Both the position numbers and the translations under genes were made by a program. A stretch of DNA of 64,000 nucleotides from Octopus sinensis (Eukaryota): NCBI RefSeq assembly GCF_006345805.1, contig NC_043001.1, forward strand, positions 114,266,001-114,330,000, read 5' to 3'. Below the pieces are notes generated by a model. The model was not told the origin of the DNA, searched no databases, and saw only the letters and a list, made by a program, of their open reading frames with translations. This document shows, in pieces, positions 38,739 through 51,592 of this stretch (its first letter is position 1; each line of letters begins with the position of its first letter).

Positions 38739-40932
38739 GTTTTACTTCTCAGACCTCTCGGTCTTGTTAGCACTTGTTGATTCTGTGAGAGCGGGCAACA
38801 GCCGGTTGTCAGAAGTCCCACTGGGTCTTTTCCGCACATTATAAGCTTTGATACTTGGTGGTTAATTATCGTGGAAGACATTCAACATCCAAGAACCAGT
38901 CTGAAAATCCTAGCTCTGCCCAGCAGAGCAGTTTATTTGAAGCTTGCTTTGATCGCATGTCAATTTCCAAAAGAAAACAAAAACTAAAAATGAAATAAAA
39001 TAAAGAGAAAAGAACAAAACTTTTCTTTCTTTTTGCTTTTGCCAGTTGCAAACTGAACTTTGAAGACTGATGATGAATGCACTATATCTGACCACCGCAA
39101 CTGCCAAGATATTCATTGCGGTAATCAAATTTTTGGCATTCAGGTTGGATTTCAACACCATCTTCACCCTTTTTTGATACGCCACGCTGACCTTGATTTT
39201 CATTTCTCTATATAGAATGTCATCCAGCTCCAAAATCCCCAACTATCTATACCCACTACACCCACTTACCAAGTGGGTCACATTTTCCACACTCTTTCCC
39301 CTGAGTCTGCATTTCTGAGTGTCGGAAGTTTTATAGATGTTATACTTCACTGAAGAGCCTGGTCATGTGCAGCAATGCTCAGGCTTTGGGCTAACCAATG
39401 GTCTCTCCTGATGTTAACCGCAATCCTCTGTAGGTTGCTTTCTTCCCTCTTTTCCTATTATGTACTGAGGATTTGGTGATCTCAAATTCCATACCGATGT
39501 CCCTACCACACTTTTGTAATGTTTTGATTAAGGGATTTATCTGGTTTTCAAATTTCCCAAATTTTCAGGTCATCCATAAACAGAAGATGGTTCGATGACG
39601 GGTCTTTCTTCCCACATCGGTAACCCATCATAACTTTTCTAAGTGTCATTGTTATGGGTTTTAGTGCAATTACAAAAAGTAACGGAGAAAACGAGTCACC
39701 TTGGAAGATTCCCATTTTAATATTAGCTTCTCCAAGTAATACATTAATTGAGTACAATTTGGTTTTCCACTCTTTCATCCTATGCGTCAGAAAACTTGTG
39801 ACGTTGTCAGCAACAGCAAACATCTACAAGCATTCAACGATCCATGAATCAGGCATCATATCACATGCCTTCTTAAAGTCAATCCAAGCCAAAGACATGT
39901 TTGTATGATGTGTTTTACAATGCCTCAAAACTGTTTCATCGATGACCAGGTGATCCTTGGTAAGTTGAGAAATCTTCTTGCATGCTTTTTGTTCCCTTGG
40001 TAGTATTTTTCCTGTGCCAGGAAAGTGTATGTCCTTGTCACACATATTCCAGTATCTTCCAGATTATGTTTAGGCATGCTATGCGACGGTAGTTTCCCAT
40101 AATATTCCCCTTTCTTCTATCTTTAATTACAAGTATTGACCTCCCAGTGACCTTCCACGCAGGGACTGTACCTTTTTGGACACACTCATTCAATTGGACC
40201 GCTAGTCTTTCAAAAACAACGTGGCATCTCTTCAGCCAGAAGCCATTAATCCCATCTGGCCCGGGGGTTTTCCAGTTAGGCACTTTTCCCACTTGTTCTT
40301 TTACATCACCCGTGCTTATGACAATATTCTTTTGTTTCTTTCTTCCTTGTAATTCTGCCTTGATAGTTCCTATTCACATCGCATCTCTTTTATGCAATAC
40401 ATTGTTTCCCCTTAATGTGCTCCTGAACTCCTAGTCTTGATTTGCATCAGGGGCAACATTTTCACCATTGTCTCCTTCTAACGTTCGGAAGAATTGCCTC
40501 GGGTTGTTTTTGTGAACAATCTCTTCTCCTCGAACTGCCTATTTCTGCTCACAAATCTTCTGATCTTCGGGGTTTTTTGCCCTGATCCTCCGTTTTATCT
40601 GCTGTATTACTTCATCAAACCCGTTCTTCTGTATTTTATATTTCTTCTCTAATTGTTTTCGGTCGGTCTTTTCCCCATTTTCCCAGTTTCCTCTTAACCA
40701 TTGCTCAATTTTTCGTAGACCTTGCCTTGCCCGCATTATGTTCCTTTCAATGCGCCGTTTCCACCATGATTATTTTGCTTCACCATTTTTTGTTCTCTTA
40801 AGTAGTAATTTCTACTCATCAAGTAGCGCAATAGCCCGGAGAAAATTCCTTGTTCGTGTAATGTCCCACGTCTTGATGCATGGTATGACAGTATTTGTCT
40901 TTTGTGTTACTTTATTTATCATACACCTCTCT

Positions 40933-42505
40933 TGCTTGGCATCCTTTCTGTCTCGGGAGACAATAGAGTTGCGCATTTTTTTTTTTTTTTTTTTTTTAGG
41001 TCTAGTCCGGCTGTTATATTTTATTTCCTGTTACATTTGTTGCTGTGGCTGTGTAGTCCTATCCTGGACAAACACTCCCTCTGGCAGGTACTGCAAATGT
41101 AGCGAAGACTGTTCCTGGCTGGTTGTAGTGCCATGGTCTCTTGTTTATGTCTCTTCCTTTCTTTCCATTTCTCCTCTCTCTTTCTGTCACTCCTCTGTAT
41201 ACCCTCTTTTACTGTACGTCGCCATTCTCCACGGTTGCCGGCGACTGCCTCCCAACTGCTAATGTTGATGTTGCAGGCCTTCATATCCCTTTTGCAAACA
41301 TCCTTGTAACGTAAGATCGGTCTACCCACAGACCTAGTACCCCTAGCAAGCTCTCCGTAGAGTATGTCCTTGGGGATTCTACCATCTTTCATACGGCTAA
41401 CATGCCCAAGCCATCTCATACGTCTTTGTGTAAGGAGTGCAAACATGCTTGGTATTCCTGCTTGCCTGAGGACATCTTTGTTGTGGATATGATTCTGCCA
41501 TTTGATGTGGAGGATTTTTCGGAGGCAGCGCAGGTGAAAGATGTTTAGGCGACGCTCTTGGCGTGTGTATAGCGTCCAGGTCTCGCTTCCATACAGTAGA
41601 GTGCTGAGTACACATGCCTGGTAGATCTTCATTTTTGTGGTCTTGGTCAGCTTATTGTTGTCCCAAGCCCGTTTGGAGAGTTGGGCCATCGCAGCAGCTG
41701 CCTTGCCAATGCGTATATTGAGCTCAGCGTCAAGGGATAGGTTGTAGGTGACGGTAGAGCCCATATAGGTAAACTTCTCCACCTCTTGTAATCTGTGGTC
41801 TCCAATATGTATGTTTGGGATGTCCGATGTAGCCTGGCCCATGATGTTGGTCTTCTTAAGGCTGATAGCTAAGCCAAAGTCGTTACATGCTTGCTCAAAA
41901 CAGTTAATGAGCCTTTGGAGGGCTTATTCTGTGTGTGTTACCAGAGCGGCATCATCAGCAAATAACATCTCCTTGATCAGGACGTTTCTGATTTTGGTCT
42001 TGGCACGCAGGCGCGAGAGATTGAACAGTTTCCCGTCACTTCTACTGTGCAGAAACACTCCATCATCTGATGTCTGAAAGGCATGTGACAGCAAGAGTGA
42101 GAAGAAGATGCCAAACAATGTAGGAGCGAGGACACAGCCTTGCTTTACCCCGTTTTTTATTTGGAAGGCGGCTGATGTTGAACCGTTGTGCTGTATGGTG
42201 CCTTGCATGTCATCATGGAAAGACTTGATGATCCTCAGCAGCTTTGGTGGACATCCGATTTTTTGGAGCAGGAGGAAGAGGCCTGTTCTGCTTACCGAGT
42301 CAAAAGCCTTTGTTAGATCAATGAAGGCCATATATAATGGCATTTTCTGCTCTCTGGACTTCTCCTGAAGTTGGCGTATGGAGAATATCATATCGATAGT
42401 TGATCTGCTTCTTCTAAAGCCACACTGCGATTCCGGATAGATTCGAGAAGCAAGTAGTTGTAGCCTGGCCAGGATAACGCGGGCAAAGGTCTTTCCAACA
42501 GTGCT
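40933..42505 (-). mobile_element. Young 5'-truncated RTE-clade LINE with 11-bp TSD TACACCTCTCT
   Basis: TSD at 40922-40932 and 42506-42516. The 3' end CTATTGTCTCCCGAGACAGAAAGGATGCC is RTE-like. An A-tract (40976-40997) lies inside the 3' UTR. Confidence 0.95.
41021..42505 (-). pseudogene. RTE reverse transcriptase ORF2, partial, with a single in-frame TAA at 41924-41926
   Basis: ESQCGFR, FIDLTKAFDSV, GVKQGCVLAPTLF, LFADD, LLYGSETW, RWLGHVSRM, C-terminal CSTCQRECLSRIGLHSH. Track ORFs 41924-42391 and 41021-41842 share one frame. Confidence 0.93.
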
Positions 42506-43657
42506 TACACCTCTCTACACTTCTCATATTCACGGGGATTTTTCATCTGAAGTATTCATCAAGTCGGTGTGTCGTCTTTGAAGTTCAATATCTATTTGGT
42601 TCATTTCCCCTGCATGTCCCCCCCCCACTACAGTATCAGGCTTCACTGTATAACATTCCTGATCCTCATCCTTAACAGTCCCGTCACCACTCTTCTGTTC
42701 CTGCTATCTACTCTTCTCCCTGCTTTCAACTCCTTCTTCTCTATTTTCAACTCGGAACATCCTGTGTAGCCCATCCGCAGGGTCTCTCAGACTTCCACTA
42801 ATCCGAGATATTTCTACTGCAGTTAAGTAACGCTTCCTCCTTATAACTCTCACTTGGTTCATTAGTCTATTTTCTGACATTGGACGCATGTCCTTTTCTA
42901 TACAAAATTTCAAGGTACGTCGGCCTATTCCGCGACTTATTTCCGGCTTTGCTCGTTCATGACATTCAATAAGTGTGTCGTATTCTTCCTTCGTCCATTT
43001 CTGTCTGTTTTTGCGCAAACCATGTATGTGATCTGTTGTGACATAACGACCGTCTGAGGCCAGATCACTGCCCCTGATGCAGGCGCTTTCGGACATGCCG
43101 GACGGGAAACCTTCACCATGATCGGTGATAGCTCCATTCCCGCCGTTAATACTTTCCTTGTTGTGTTGCTTCATGATTTCATGAGTAGTTCCTTGGGTTC
43201 CCACAGGAGTTGTTATTGAGATCACTTCTCTCCCTCCTCTCTTCATTTGTATATACACGTGCACATGTATGTACATACACACATATATATATAAATAACG
43301 TGCTTACATTGTGTCGCCTACATAACCACAATGATCATAATTACTACCACTGTTCTGCCTATAGCATTTAAAATTATCAATAATAATATGGGTCCCGGTA
43401 TATTGCAGCCATTCTTCGTCACTATTTATCAAATACTCGGCATGCGTTCTCCTTTCACTCCTTTTACAATGGTCTATGCTATAGACTCTATACTAATCAG
43501 TTCTTTGCCAACATTCTATCTTTTGATATAGTCTGTTTACGGTTGCAGTTAACACTTATTATTATTATAATTATCACCACCATTCTTCTCTTCTTCTTCT
43601 TCTTCTTCTTCTTCTTCTTCTTCTTCTCTTCTTCTTCTTCTTCTTCTTCTTCTTCTC

Positions 43658-43724
<67 letters not shown>

Positions 43725-43829
43725 CACTGTTTATTATTATTATTATTATTATATTATTATTATTATTATTATCATTTTTATTTCCATTTATTATTAAAAG
43801 GTATTATTAAATGTTGTTTAGTTTCAACT

Positions 43830-44085
43830 TTCTCATGTACTTGAGATGATCATATGTGAGTGATGAAGGGAATGGTAGGAGAACGTGTAGCAGCTTGGTG
43901 AATAGACCAAATACTACAGGTGTGTAAATAGATTCGGCAGGTGGTGAGGAAGTCAGCAATGGACATTCCTGTGCGATAAGGAGACAAAAGAGGCCTCACT
44001 TCCTTTGGGACAGCAGAAGTCAAATATGTTTACTACAACTAGCGATCAATGGAAGTAATGACTTTGGCCTTGAAAAGAAGCAATT
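43830..44085 (-). mobile_element. Old L2/CR1-like fragment
   Basis: An LSHRNV-like remnant of the L2 motif LSHRRxVxxL; weak. Confidence 0.4.
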
Positions 44086-44089
44086 CACC

Positions 44090-44289
<200 letters not shown>

Positions 44290-44311
44290 TAATAATAGTT
44301 ATTATTATTGT

Positions 44312-45935
44312 TATTCAGTAGTTTTATTTTTATAGCGTGCTTTCACTTCACTACCGAGCGCAGCTCTGTGTGCCTTGGGTATGGGCTGTGATTTGTTGTG
44401 ATGCTCTGATGGTTATTGTATGGAAAGTGTTCTGCGTAGGATGTGTACAGTGCCTAGTAGTGCAATTTTCTGTATGTTATATGTGTTTGTAAGTCCTGGT
44501 GTTTTTGTTATGTACTTGTCTGAATATTTTTTTATCATGCCTAATGCACCTACTATGATAGGAATTGTTTCTGTTTTCAGGTTCCACATTCTAGTTACCT
44601 CTATTTCCAGGTCTTTGTATTTTGAGAGTTTCTCCATTCCTTTTAGAGACACGTTGTCATCTGCTGGTATTGATACATCAATTAGAAAGCATTTTTTCCT
44701 TCATGATCTCTGACAACTATATCTGGTCTGTTGGCCTTAATTTCTCTATCTGTGTGTATCGGCATATCCCAGAGTATGGTTGCTTTCTCGTTTTCTGTGA
44801 CCTTTTCTGGTGTGTGCCTATACCATCTTTTTTCTGTTGTTATTCCATAATGCTGGCATAGCTTCCAATGTATGTAGGTTCCAACTCTGTCATGTCTGTG
44901 AATATATTCCTTCTTAGCCAGGACTGGGCAGCTAGAGATAATATGATTTATTGTTTCTTGTCCATCTCCACATATTCTGCAGTTACTTGTAATATTTCTT
45001 TTCATTACATGTTTTTGGTAATTTCTGGTGGGGAGGCTTTGGTCTTGTGCTGCAATTAAAAATCCCTCTGTTTCTGCTTTGAGTCCTGAGCTTCTCAACC
45101 ATTGCTGGGATTTTTCTTTGTCTATTTCTTTTGCGTTTAGTTTAGTCCCGTATTTACCATGAAGGGGCTTTTCATGCCATCGTTTTATCATGGTTCGTTG
45201 CTGTTCTATTTTTAGTTTGGATTTCATTTGTTTTATAGCTTTTGTTGTTTCTTCATCATCTTCTTCTTCTTCTTCATGTTTATTAGGTGGTATGATTTCT
45301 TGTTTGTATTTGTCAGCTTCCTTAAATACTGAGAACAGTTTTTTGTTTTGCTCGTGTTTTGCTGTTATCTGGATCAGTTTTCCTTCCTTCTTAAGTAGGT
45401 ATTTTTGCAGTCCTATGGTGGTTATTTTATAGTAGTTTTCCAGCTGTATAAGGCCTCTACCACCTTCTATACGTTGTATATATAGTCTTTCTATGTCAGA
45501 TTTTGGGTGATGCATCCTAGATCCTGTCAGTATTTTTCTTGTTTTCCTATCTATTTTGGACAGTTCATTTCGTGTCCAGTTAAGGATATTGTAGCTGTAA
45601 CTTATAACTGGGACAGCTAAAGTGTTGATACCTATTATCTTGTTTTTAGCATTGAGCTCTGTTTTTAGTATTGATCTAACTCGTCTATAATATTCTTTTT
45701 TTATTTTTTCTTTCATTTGTGTGTGTTGTGTCTTATCTAGTTCATGGATTCTTAAGTATTTGTAAGTTTGGCTTTGGTCTAATTCTTTTATTTCATTGGT
45801 TTTATCTAGTGTGATGTTGTTACTCTTAACTAGTTTTCCTCTTTTCATGGTTAATTTGGCGCATTTTTCTAATCCAAATTTCATATCTATTTCTTTGGTA
45901 AATCCATGAACTGTCTTTAATAGTGTTTCCAGCTG
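44312..45935 (-). mobile_element. Relatively young 5'-truncated R4/Dong element flanked by (TAA)n on both sides
   Basis: 400-aa ORF with KFGLEKC, CRICGDGQETINHIISSC, RHD and RPDIV, continuing after one frameshift into CFLIDVSIP...EKLSKYKDL (restriction-like endonuclease). Confidence 0.95.
44413..45884 (-). pseudogene. R4/Dong ORF C-terminal half (thumb, CCHC knuckle, REL endonuclease), one frameshift near 44700
   Basis: Track ORFs 44682-45884 and 44413-44652 join as RDHE(E)KKCFLIDVSIPADDNVSLK. Confidence 0.9.
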
Positions 45936-45941
45936 TTATTA

Positions 45942-45984
<43 letters not shown>

Positions 45985-46003
45985 CATTATTATTATTATT
46001 ATT

Positions 46004-48350
46004 GACTTTTGTTTTGTAATTGTACAAGTTGGCTCCAAGTATCACCCCTAGACCTCAAGAGACAACAAGTTAGAAGTTGCTTTTTTCCTTAGGGTGTCAT
46101 ATTTATGAGTTTGCTTTAAAATTGGAGATTATAATTTTAGGTAGGATTTAATCCCTAGATTTTAGGTAGGATATGGGCAATTCCCATGAGCACTACCTTT
46201 TGAATTTCTGCCATTTGGGGGTTTCCTGGTATTTGAGCTTGGTAGCAATCAGCTCCTTTCGCTATCATTCCTAAGGCACCTATGACAACAGGTAATGTTT
46301 TAGTATTGCGGTTCCACATTTTGCTAATTTCTATTTCAAGATCTTTATACTTGGTCAGTTTTTGGTAGGTCTTGAAAAATGCTTTAATATCGATTGGGAT
46401 AGTCATATCAATGAGGAAGCATGGTTTTTGTCTGAAGTCTTTCAATGTAATGTATGGCCTATACGCATCTATCTTTCTGTCAGTTTGAATGGTGAAGTTC
46501 CAGAGGAGTGAGATGCAATCATTTTCAAGCACTGGAGGTGGTTTGTGTTCCCATCACTTTTTATCATTAGCCGGTCCAGGTTTTTGCAACTTACCCAGTG
46601 AATATGTTGTGCTGCTCTATCATGCCTGTTGAGATAGTCTGTAGGCGCAAGAGGCGTGCACGTGCAGACAACTTGATCAATGAGTTTCATTTTATTGTTT
46701 ACATACACGATATGTTGGGCTACCGCTGTTCTTTAATATGTTGGCTTGGTAGTTCCTTGTAGGCAGGCATTGATCTTGGGCTGCTATGATTAACCCTTCT
46801 GTTACTGATTTCAAGCCAGAAGACACTAACCATTGATGGGTAAGGGCTTTGTCAACATTGGCACTATTAGCTCTCATTGGGTATTTGGCATATAGAAGTT
46901 TTTCTTGCCATTTATCAGTAAGAATATTTTGGGCAGCAGTTTTAGCACGGGTTTTCATTCGCTTAGATTTTTCTGTGCTTGTTTCCAATACCTCTTATTC
47001 TGGGATTTGTTCTATTTGGAATTCACTTAGATATTCCTTTGCCAGTATGTTACTGACTATGATGTTTCTTGTTTTCATGCTTTAAGGCAACTTTTAACAT
47101 GCAGCCATCAGAGTTTTTCACGTTGGTGTTTAGGCCAATTGTGACAAACTTCATTGTTAATTCCAGCTGTAAAAGTCCACGGCCACCCTCTTTTCTTGAC
47201 GGGCAAAATCGTTCTACATCTGCCTAGAGTGTTGCATTCTATACATTGTCAAATATGTTCGTATTTATCCGTCAAGATTACATAATACAGTAAGTGATCA
47301 GTTAATGATATTGAAACTATAAATCATGACCAGTATAGCTAACGTATTGACCGCTTCGATCCTGTTTCTTGCATTCAGCTCTGTCTCGAGTATTTCCCTT
47401 ATCCCGCGATAACATTCTCTTCTGATCTTTTCCTTCGTCACTGAACGTTTGATTCCGTCCCCTTCAAATACCTATAGGTATTTGTAGTTCTCTGCTGGTT
47501 CTAATTCCTTTATGACATTGTGCCGCTCAAGATTAACATTGGATGTTCTTTAATTTTCAGCCATTCAATCATGATTTGATTTTTTAGATCATGTAGTTAT
47601 TTTGACTCAAATTCTGTGTGACTTTCTGCATTTATTTGATTTTCATCTGCCTTAGTGTTTATGGTTGGCTCAGAGAGTATTTCACTTGCTTATCAGTTGC
47701 ACTAACTCTTTCAATTATTACTACATTTTCATCAGCGCTGGGCCGGTGTATAATTATTTCCTAGTTAACTGCAGCTTCGTTCCTTTTATCCCTTACTGAT
47801 TATTTAATTTGGTCAGTCCCTCATTCAGATAGTAATTTCTTTTTCGTAATGTTTCTTCAGACATTTACAAGTTTGTTACTGTCTATGTAGGGTCTTACTT
47901 CAAGATGTTTCTGTCTCCAGTTTAAGTAGGATTGTACAGTATTATATTTATTTGTGGGGAAATGTATGGCATGGTAGAAGGTCGTAAGAACTTTATTACC
48001 TTCCCTAGACAATTTTTCATTCTGTTGGAATATTCCCGTTGATGGCTACTTCCAGCTCCTGTGCTTCGGGAAGATTTCAACCTGTAGCTTTTTTTTTTGT
48101 CCGAATCTGGTTAAACATTCGATTACGCGATCCTTGGTGTTCCGGCTGACGACCATTTTGGTTGGTATTTTGCTTTATTATCACTGTGGCATAACGAGCT
48201 TGTACGTTGACATTAGGGATGGATCTGTGTGTTTAGGGTCAACCTTTTGAGACAACACCGCCTCCGACTTTTCTGCACGTAGCTTCTTAAGGCTAACAGA
48301 TGTGTATATTTTTTTGATAGATTTATCTCTGGGCATAGTTTTTGTCATGT
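46004..48350 (-). mobile_element. Older R4/Dong element of a different subfamily, RT core deleted
   Basis: LLWNFTIQTDRKIDAYRP...CFLIDMTIP...KLTKYKDL; HQWLVSSGLKSVTEGLIIAAQDQ; N-terminal Myb-like YIDSNKLVNV*RNITKKK at ~47.9 kb. Confidence 0.85.
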
Positions 48351-48848
48351 TTTTAAACTTATGAATTATTCACTCTGTCTGTGTTATTTCGAAAAATAAA
48401 AATTGTTTTGTTTTGGGGGTATTTTTGCCTCGTTTGTGATACGTGTTTTCTTATGCGTGTATGTGTGTACTGTAAATTTCACGTATTTGCGTAAACATTA
48501 GGATGTATGTATGTTCCTATTAGTATTAAAATGTATATATGATTGTATATACATTCGAGTGTGTGCGTAATTACTCAATTTATATACTTACTCTTTTATA
48601 ATTTGTAAACTATCCGGTGTTGATTTCGCGTGTGTTTCGCATATGTTTCACTGAGACATCGTGCATAGCAGAAACTTTGCGTTGTATGGCAGTAAGATTT
48701 TATTTTTATGATTATTTTCGTTACAAGACTTCTTCCCTCAATTCTTCAACAGTTTCCTTTAACCCATTCCACCGATGTTATTAGATTAGATTTGTTTTTG
48801 AATGAAGAACCCGGTGTAGCACATCCATATTGTTATTCAACGCGAAGG

Positions 48849-48889
<41 letters not shown>

Positions 48890-49263
48890 CTCCCACGTAT
48901 ATTGCTAGGAAAAGAAATTTCCTTGGATCCCAGCAAGAATTACAGAGTTTGATTATGTTATTAAGTATGCAATTCTAAAGGCATGGAATTAATTATGTAT
49001 ATAGCCCCAAGGTCCATGTAAAATATAATTATTCAATGAAAGCCAAGACTGAATGAGACACCTAAAAATTGCAGACATACAGGTGCCGATGTGCAGTGGC
49101 ATCTGTGTATGTGATGTGAATCAATGTCTAATTATACCGCTGTGCAGCGGGGAGTCTTGTCTTTGATGGGAATCAAGAAATCGAAGGTAAATTAGACTCT
49201 GTAAGAGGCAAACATCAACGTTATTGTAATCTCTCCTCTCTTTTATCATATATGTCGGTTATA

Positions 49264-49656
49264 TCTTTATATATAAAAGTGAAGTTGTGTGTCTGTCTCC
49301 TACGATTTAGATTCATAACTACTCCCACATTTTGCGGTGCAGTTCAACCAAAATCGGGTATCTTATAGTCGTGATTCATATCGAGCCCTTTTGGGTATTA
49401 GCGCACGTTTACGATGAGTCTACGATTAAAAAAAAATTACCATCATTTTTTTCCATTTTAATGCATTTTTTCGCTATTCTATAAGGGAAGTAACTTTCTA
49501 AAAATGTCTACGATGAGTCAACGATTTTAAAAAAAATTACCATCATTTTTTCCCATTTTTAATGCTTTTTTTGCTATTCTTTGGCTATAACTCTCTAAAA
49601 ATGCTTATATAATTATTTCCCTTACAAACCCGAGCAACGCCGGGCGATACTGCTAG
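49264..49656 (+). mobile_element. Non-autonomous Helitron (393 bp)
   Basis: 5' TC preceded by A; subterminal hairpin CCCGAGC-AAC-GCCGGG (49629-49644); 3' CTAG followed by T; ~100-bp internal tandem duplication. Confidence 0.85.
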
Positions 49657-50210
49657 TAGCATATAAAAGATGGAGGTTTATAAATCAAGAATCAGCATCA
49701 ATGAAGTAACGTAATACCTTTACTATAGCCTTTTTAGTAACAACTTTTACTACACCACCGAGCAAAATTCTCTGCGTTTAGGAAAGCAGTCCCAATTTAG
49801 GAGATATATATGTATGTGTGTGTACATGTGAATGTATGTCGGCGTGTATATCGGTGTGTGTGGTTTGGTGTGTATATATATGTATTTGTTACATGTTATG
49901 TGATTTTGATTTTATTGTGTAACGAAAATACTGTAAATAAAATGGGCATATCTCTAAAACTATTTTCTGCTTGCTGTAATTATTTGTATGTCAAACGGTT
50001 TCGCTTATTTAATTTTCTACATCTTTTAAAATCATTGTCAAGGCATTTATTATCGATGTTGCGTTGTTGTTATGAAACGTCTCATTCTGCGTATCTCTTT
50101 TTTTCCGTCTCCTTATATTTCGATAAATCTCTATTTGGTTTATCATCTGTTATGACTGATGATTCCTGTACGAGGCAGGTCATTATCTGAGGGCCCTCTT
50201 ATACAACAAC

Positions 50211-50553
50211 CTTACTCTTTTACTCTTTACTCTTTTACTTGTTTCAGTCATTTGACTGCTGCCATGCTGGAGCACCGCCTTTAATCGAGCAACTCGACCC
50301 CGGGACTTATTCTTTTGTAAGCCCAGTACTTATTCTATCGGTCCCCTTTGCCGAACCGCTAAGTAACGGGGACATGAACACACCAGCATCGGTTGTCAAG
50401 CAATGCTAGGGGGACAAACACACGCACACAAACACACACACGCACATATATATATATACATATATACGACGGGCTTCTTTCAGTTTCCGTCTACCAAATC
50501 CGAGGCTATAGTAGAAGACACTTGGCCAAAGTGCCACGCAATGGGACTGAACC
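50211..50553 (-). mobile_element. SINE family D with internal (TA)n(TG)n
   Basis: Reverse complement of 51022-51413. Confidence 0.9.
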
Positions 50554-51021
50554 TTCTGTCGATTACATTTTAACTCTCGCTATGTCTGACTAGAACATAT
50601 ATACTTTATCATTCTCTGAGACTACATAAGAGGGACACAATTTTCAGTGTATGAAAGCATCAAAATTGTCATGTCTCTAGCTGTATTCTCATTTCTCTGA
50701 GTTTAGACAATATGAGATACCACGGTTATTTGCTTTTGCTCAATATCCTTAAGATATACAGTAAATTAACATATTCTGTTTCATCACATGCTTTTGGTAA
50801 TATTTTTGTATGTGGGAAAAATTAGATAATATTCCCTAGTCGAAAGTTATTTCAGTTGTAATGTGTATTCGTCTCCTCAGTCACTGTTGAGGTATTTCTT
50901 TATGAATATGTCAACCGTATTATTTTTTTCACAAAAATAGTTGCTGTATCGGTGCTTTGCTTGTCATTACTATGTACTCACATTTTGTAATCCAATCTTG
51001 CGCTTATCTAATCTTAAAAAT

Positions 51022-51163
51022 AGACGCAGGAGTGGCTGTGTGGTAAGTAGCTTGCTAACCAACCACACGTTGGGCAAGTGTCTTCTGCTATAGCCCCGGG
51101 CCGACCAATGCCTTGTAAGTGGATTTGGTAGACAGAAACTGAAAGAAGCCTGTCGTATATATG

Positions 51164-51196
<33 letters not shown>

Positions 51197-51413
51197 TTGT
51201 GTGTCTGTGTTTGTCCCCCTAGCATTGCTTGACAGCCGATGCTGGTGTGTTTACGTCCCTGTCACCTAGCGGTTCGGCAAAAGAGACCGATAGAATAAGT
51301 ACTGGGCTTACAAAGAATAAGTCCCGGGGTCGATTTGCTCCACTAAAGGCGGTGCTCCAGCATGGCCGCAGTCAAATGACTGAAACAAGTAAAAGAGTAA
51401 AGGAATAAAAGAG
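51022..51413 (+). mobile_element. SINE family D (tRNA head, CORE-like TTGGGCAAGTGTCTT, internal microsatellite, LINE-like tail)
   Basis: Head GACGCAGGAGTGGCTGTGTGGTAAGTAGC with a ~30-bp deletion; tail GGCGGTGCTCCAGCATGGCCGCAGTCAAATGACTGAAAC. Confidence 0.9.
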
Positions 51414-51477
51414 TTATCTGTGAACATTTTCAAAATATCTGCTAGCTTTGTTGCACCTTGTGAATCTCTGTGAATAC

Positions 51478-51592
51478 TACGTTAGGGGTACACGAATCTG
51501 TGGAGTGCTCAGCCATTTTGAACGTTAACTTCACGAGCAGGCTGTTTCGTCGATCAACTGGAGTACTCATCGTTATAACCGACGGAGTACCA
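51478..51592 (+). mobile_element. SINE family B, 3' fragment
   Basis: CTGTGGAGTGCTCAGCCA...CACGAGCAGGCTG...AACCGACGGAG matches 36540-36660. Confidence 0.8.

Larger units (their letters stand above)
38740..43250 (-). mobile_element. R4/Dong-clade non-LTR element, decayed and internally deleted, split by an RTE insertion
   Basis: N-terminal Myb-like RQKWTKEEY...ENRLMNQVRVIRRKRYL; PNWKTPGPDGINGFWLK; WIDFKKACD; GIFQGDSFSPLLF; HLLFMDDLK; LNAKNLITAMN. The 3' end abuts (TTA)n. Confidence 0.9.

Noticed and set aside
40976-40997. Poly(A) tail as the RTE 3' end
   Set aside because: RTE-like terminal sequence continues to 40933, where the TSD lies, so the A-tract is internal to the 3' UTR.
48708-48850. 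Helitron helicase C-terminus (LQQFPL...)
   Set aside because: The SQG and HGQLYVA motifs are absent; similarity is too weak.
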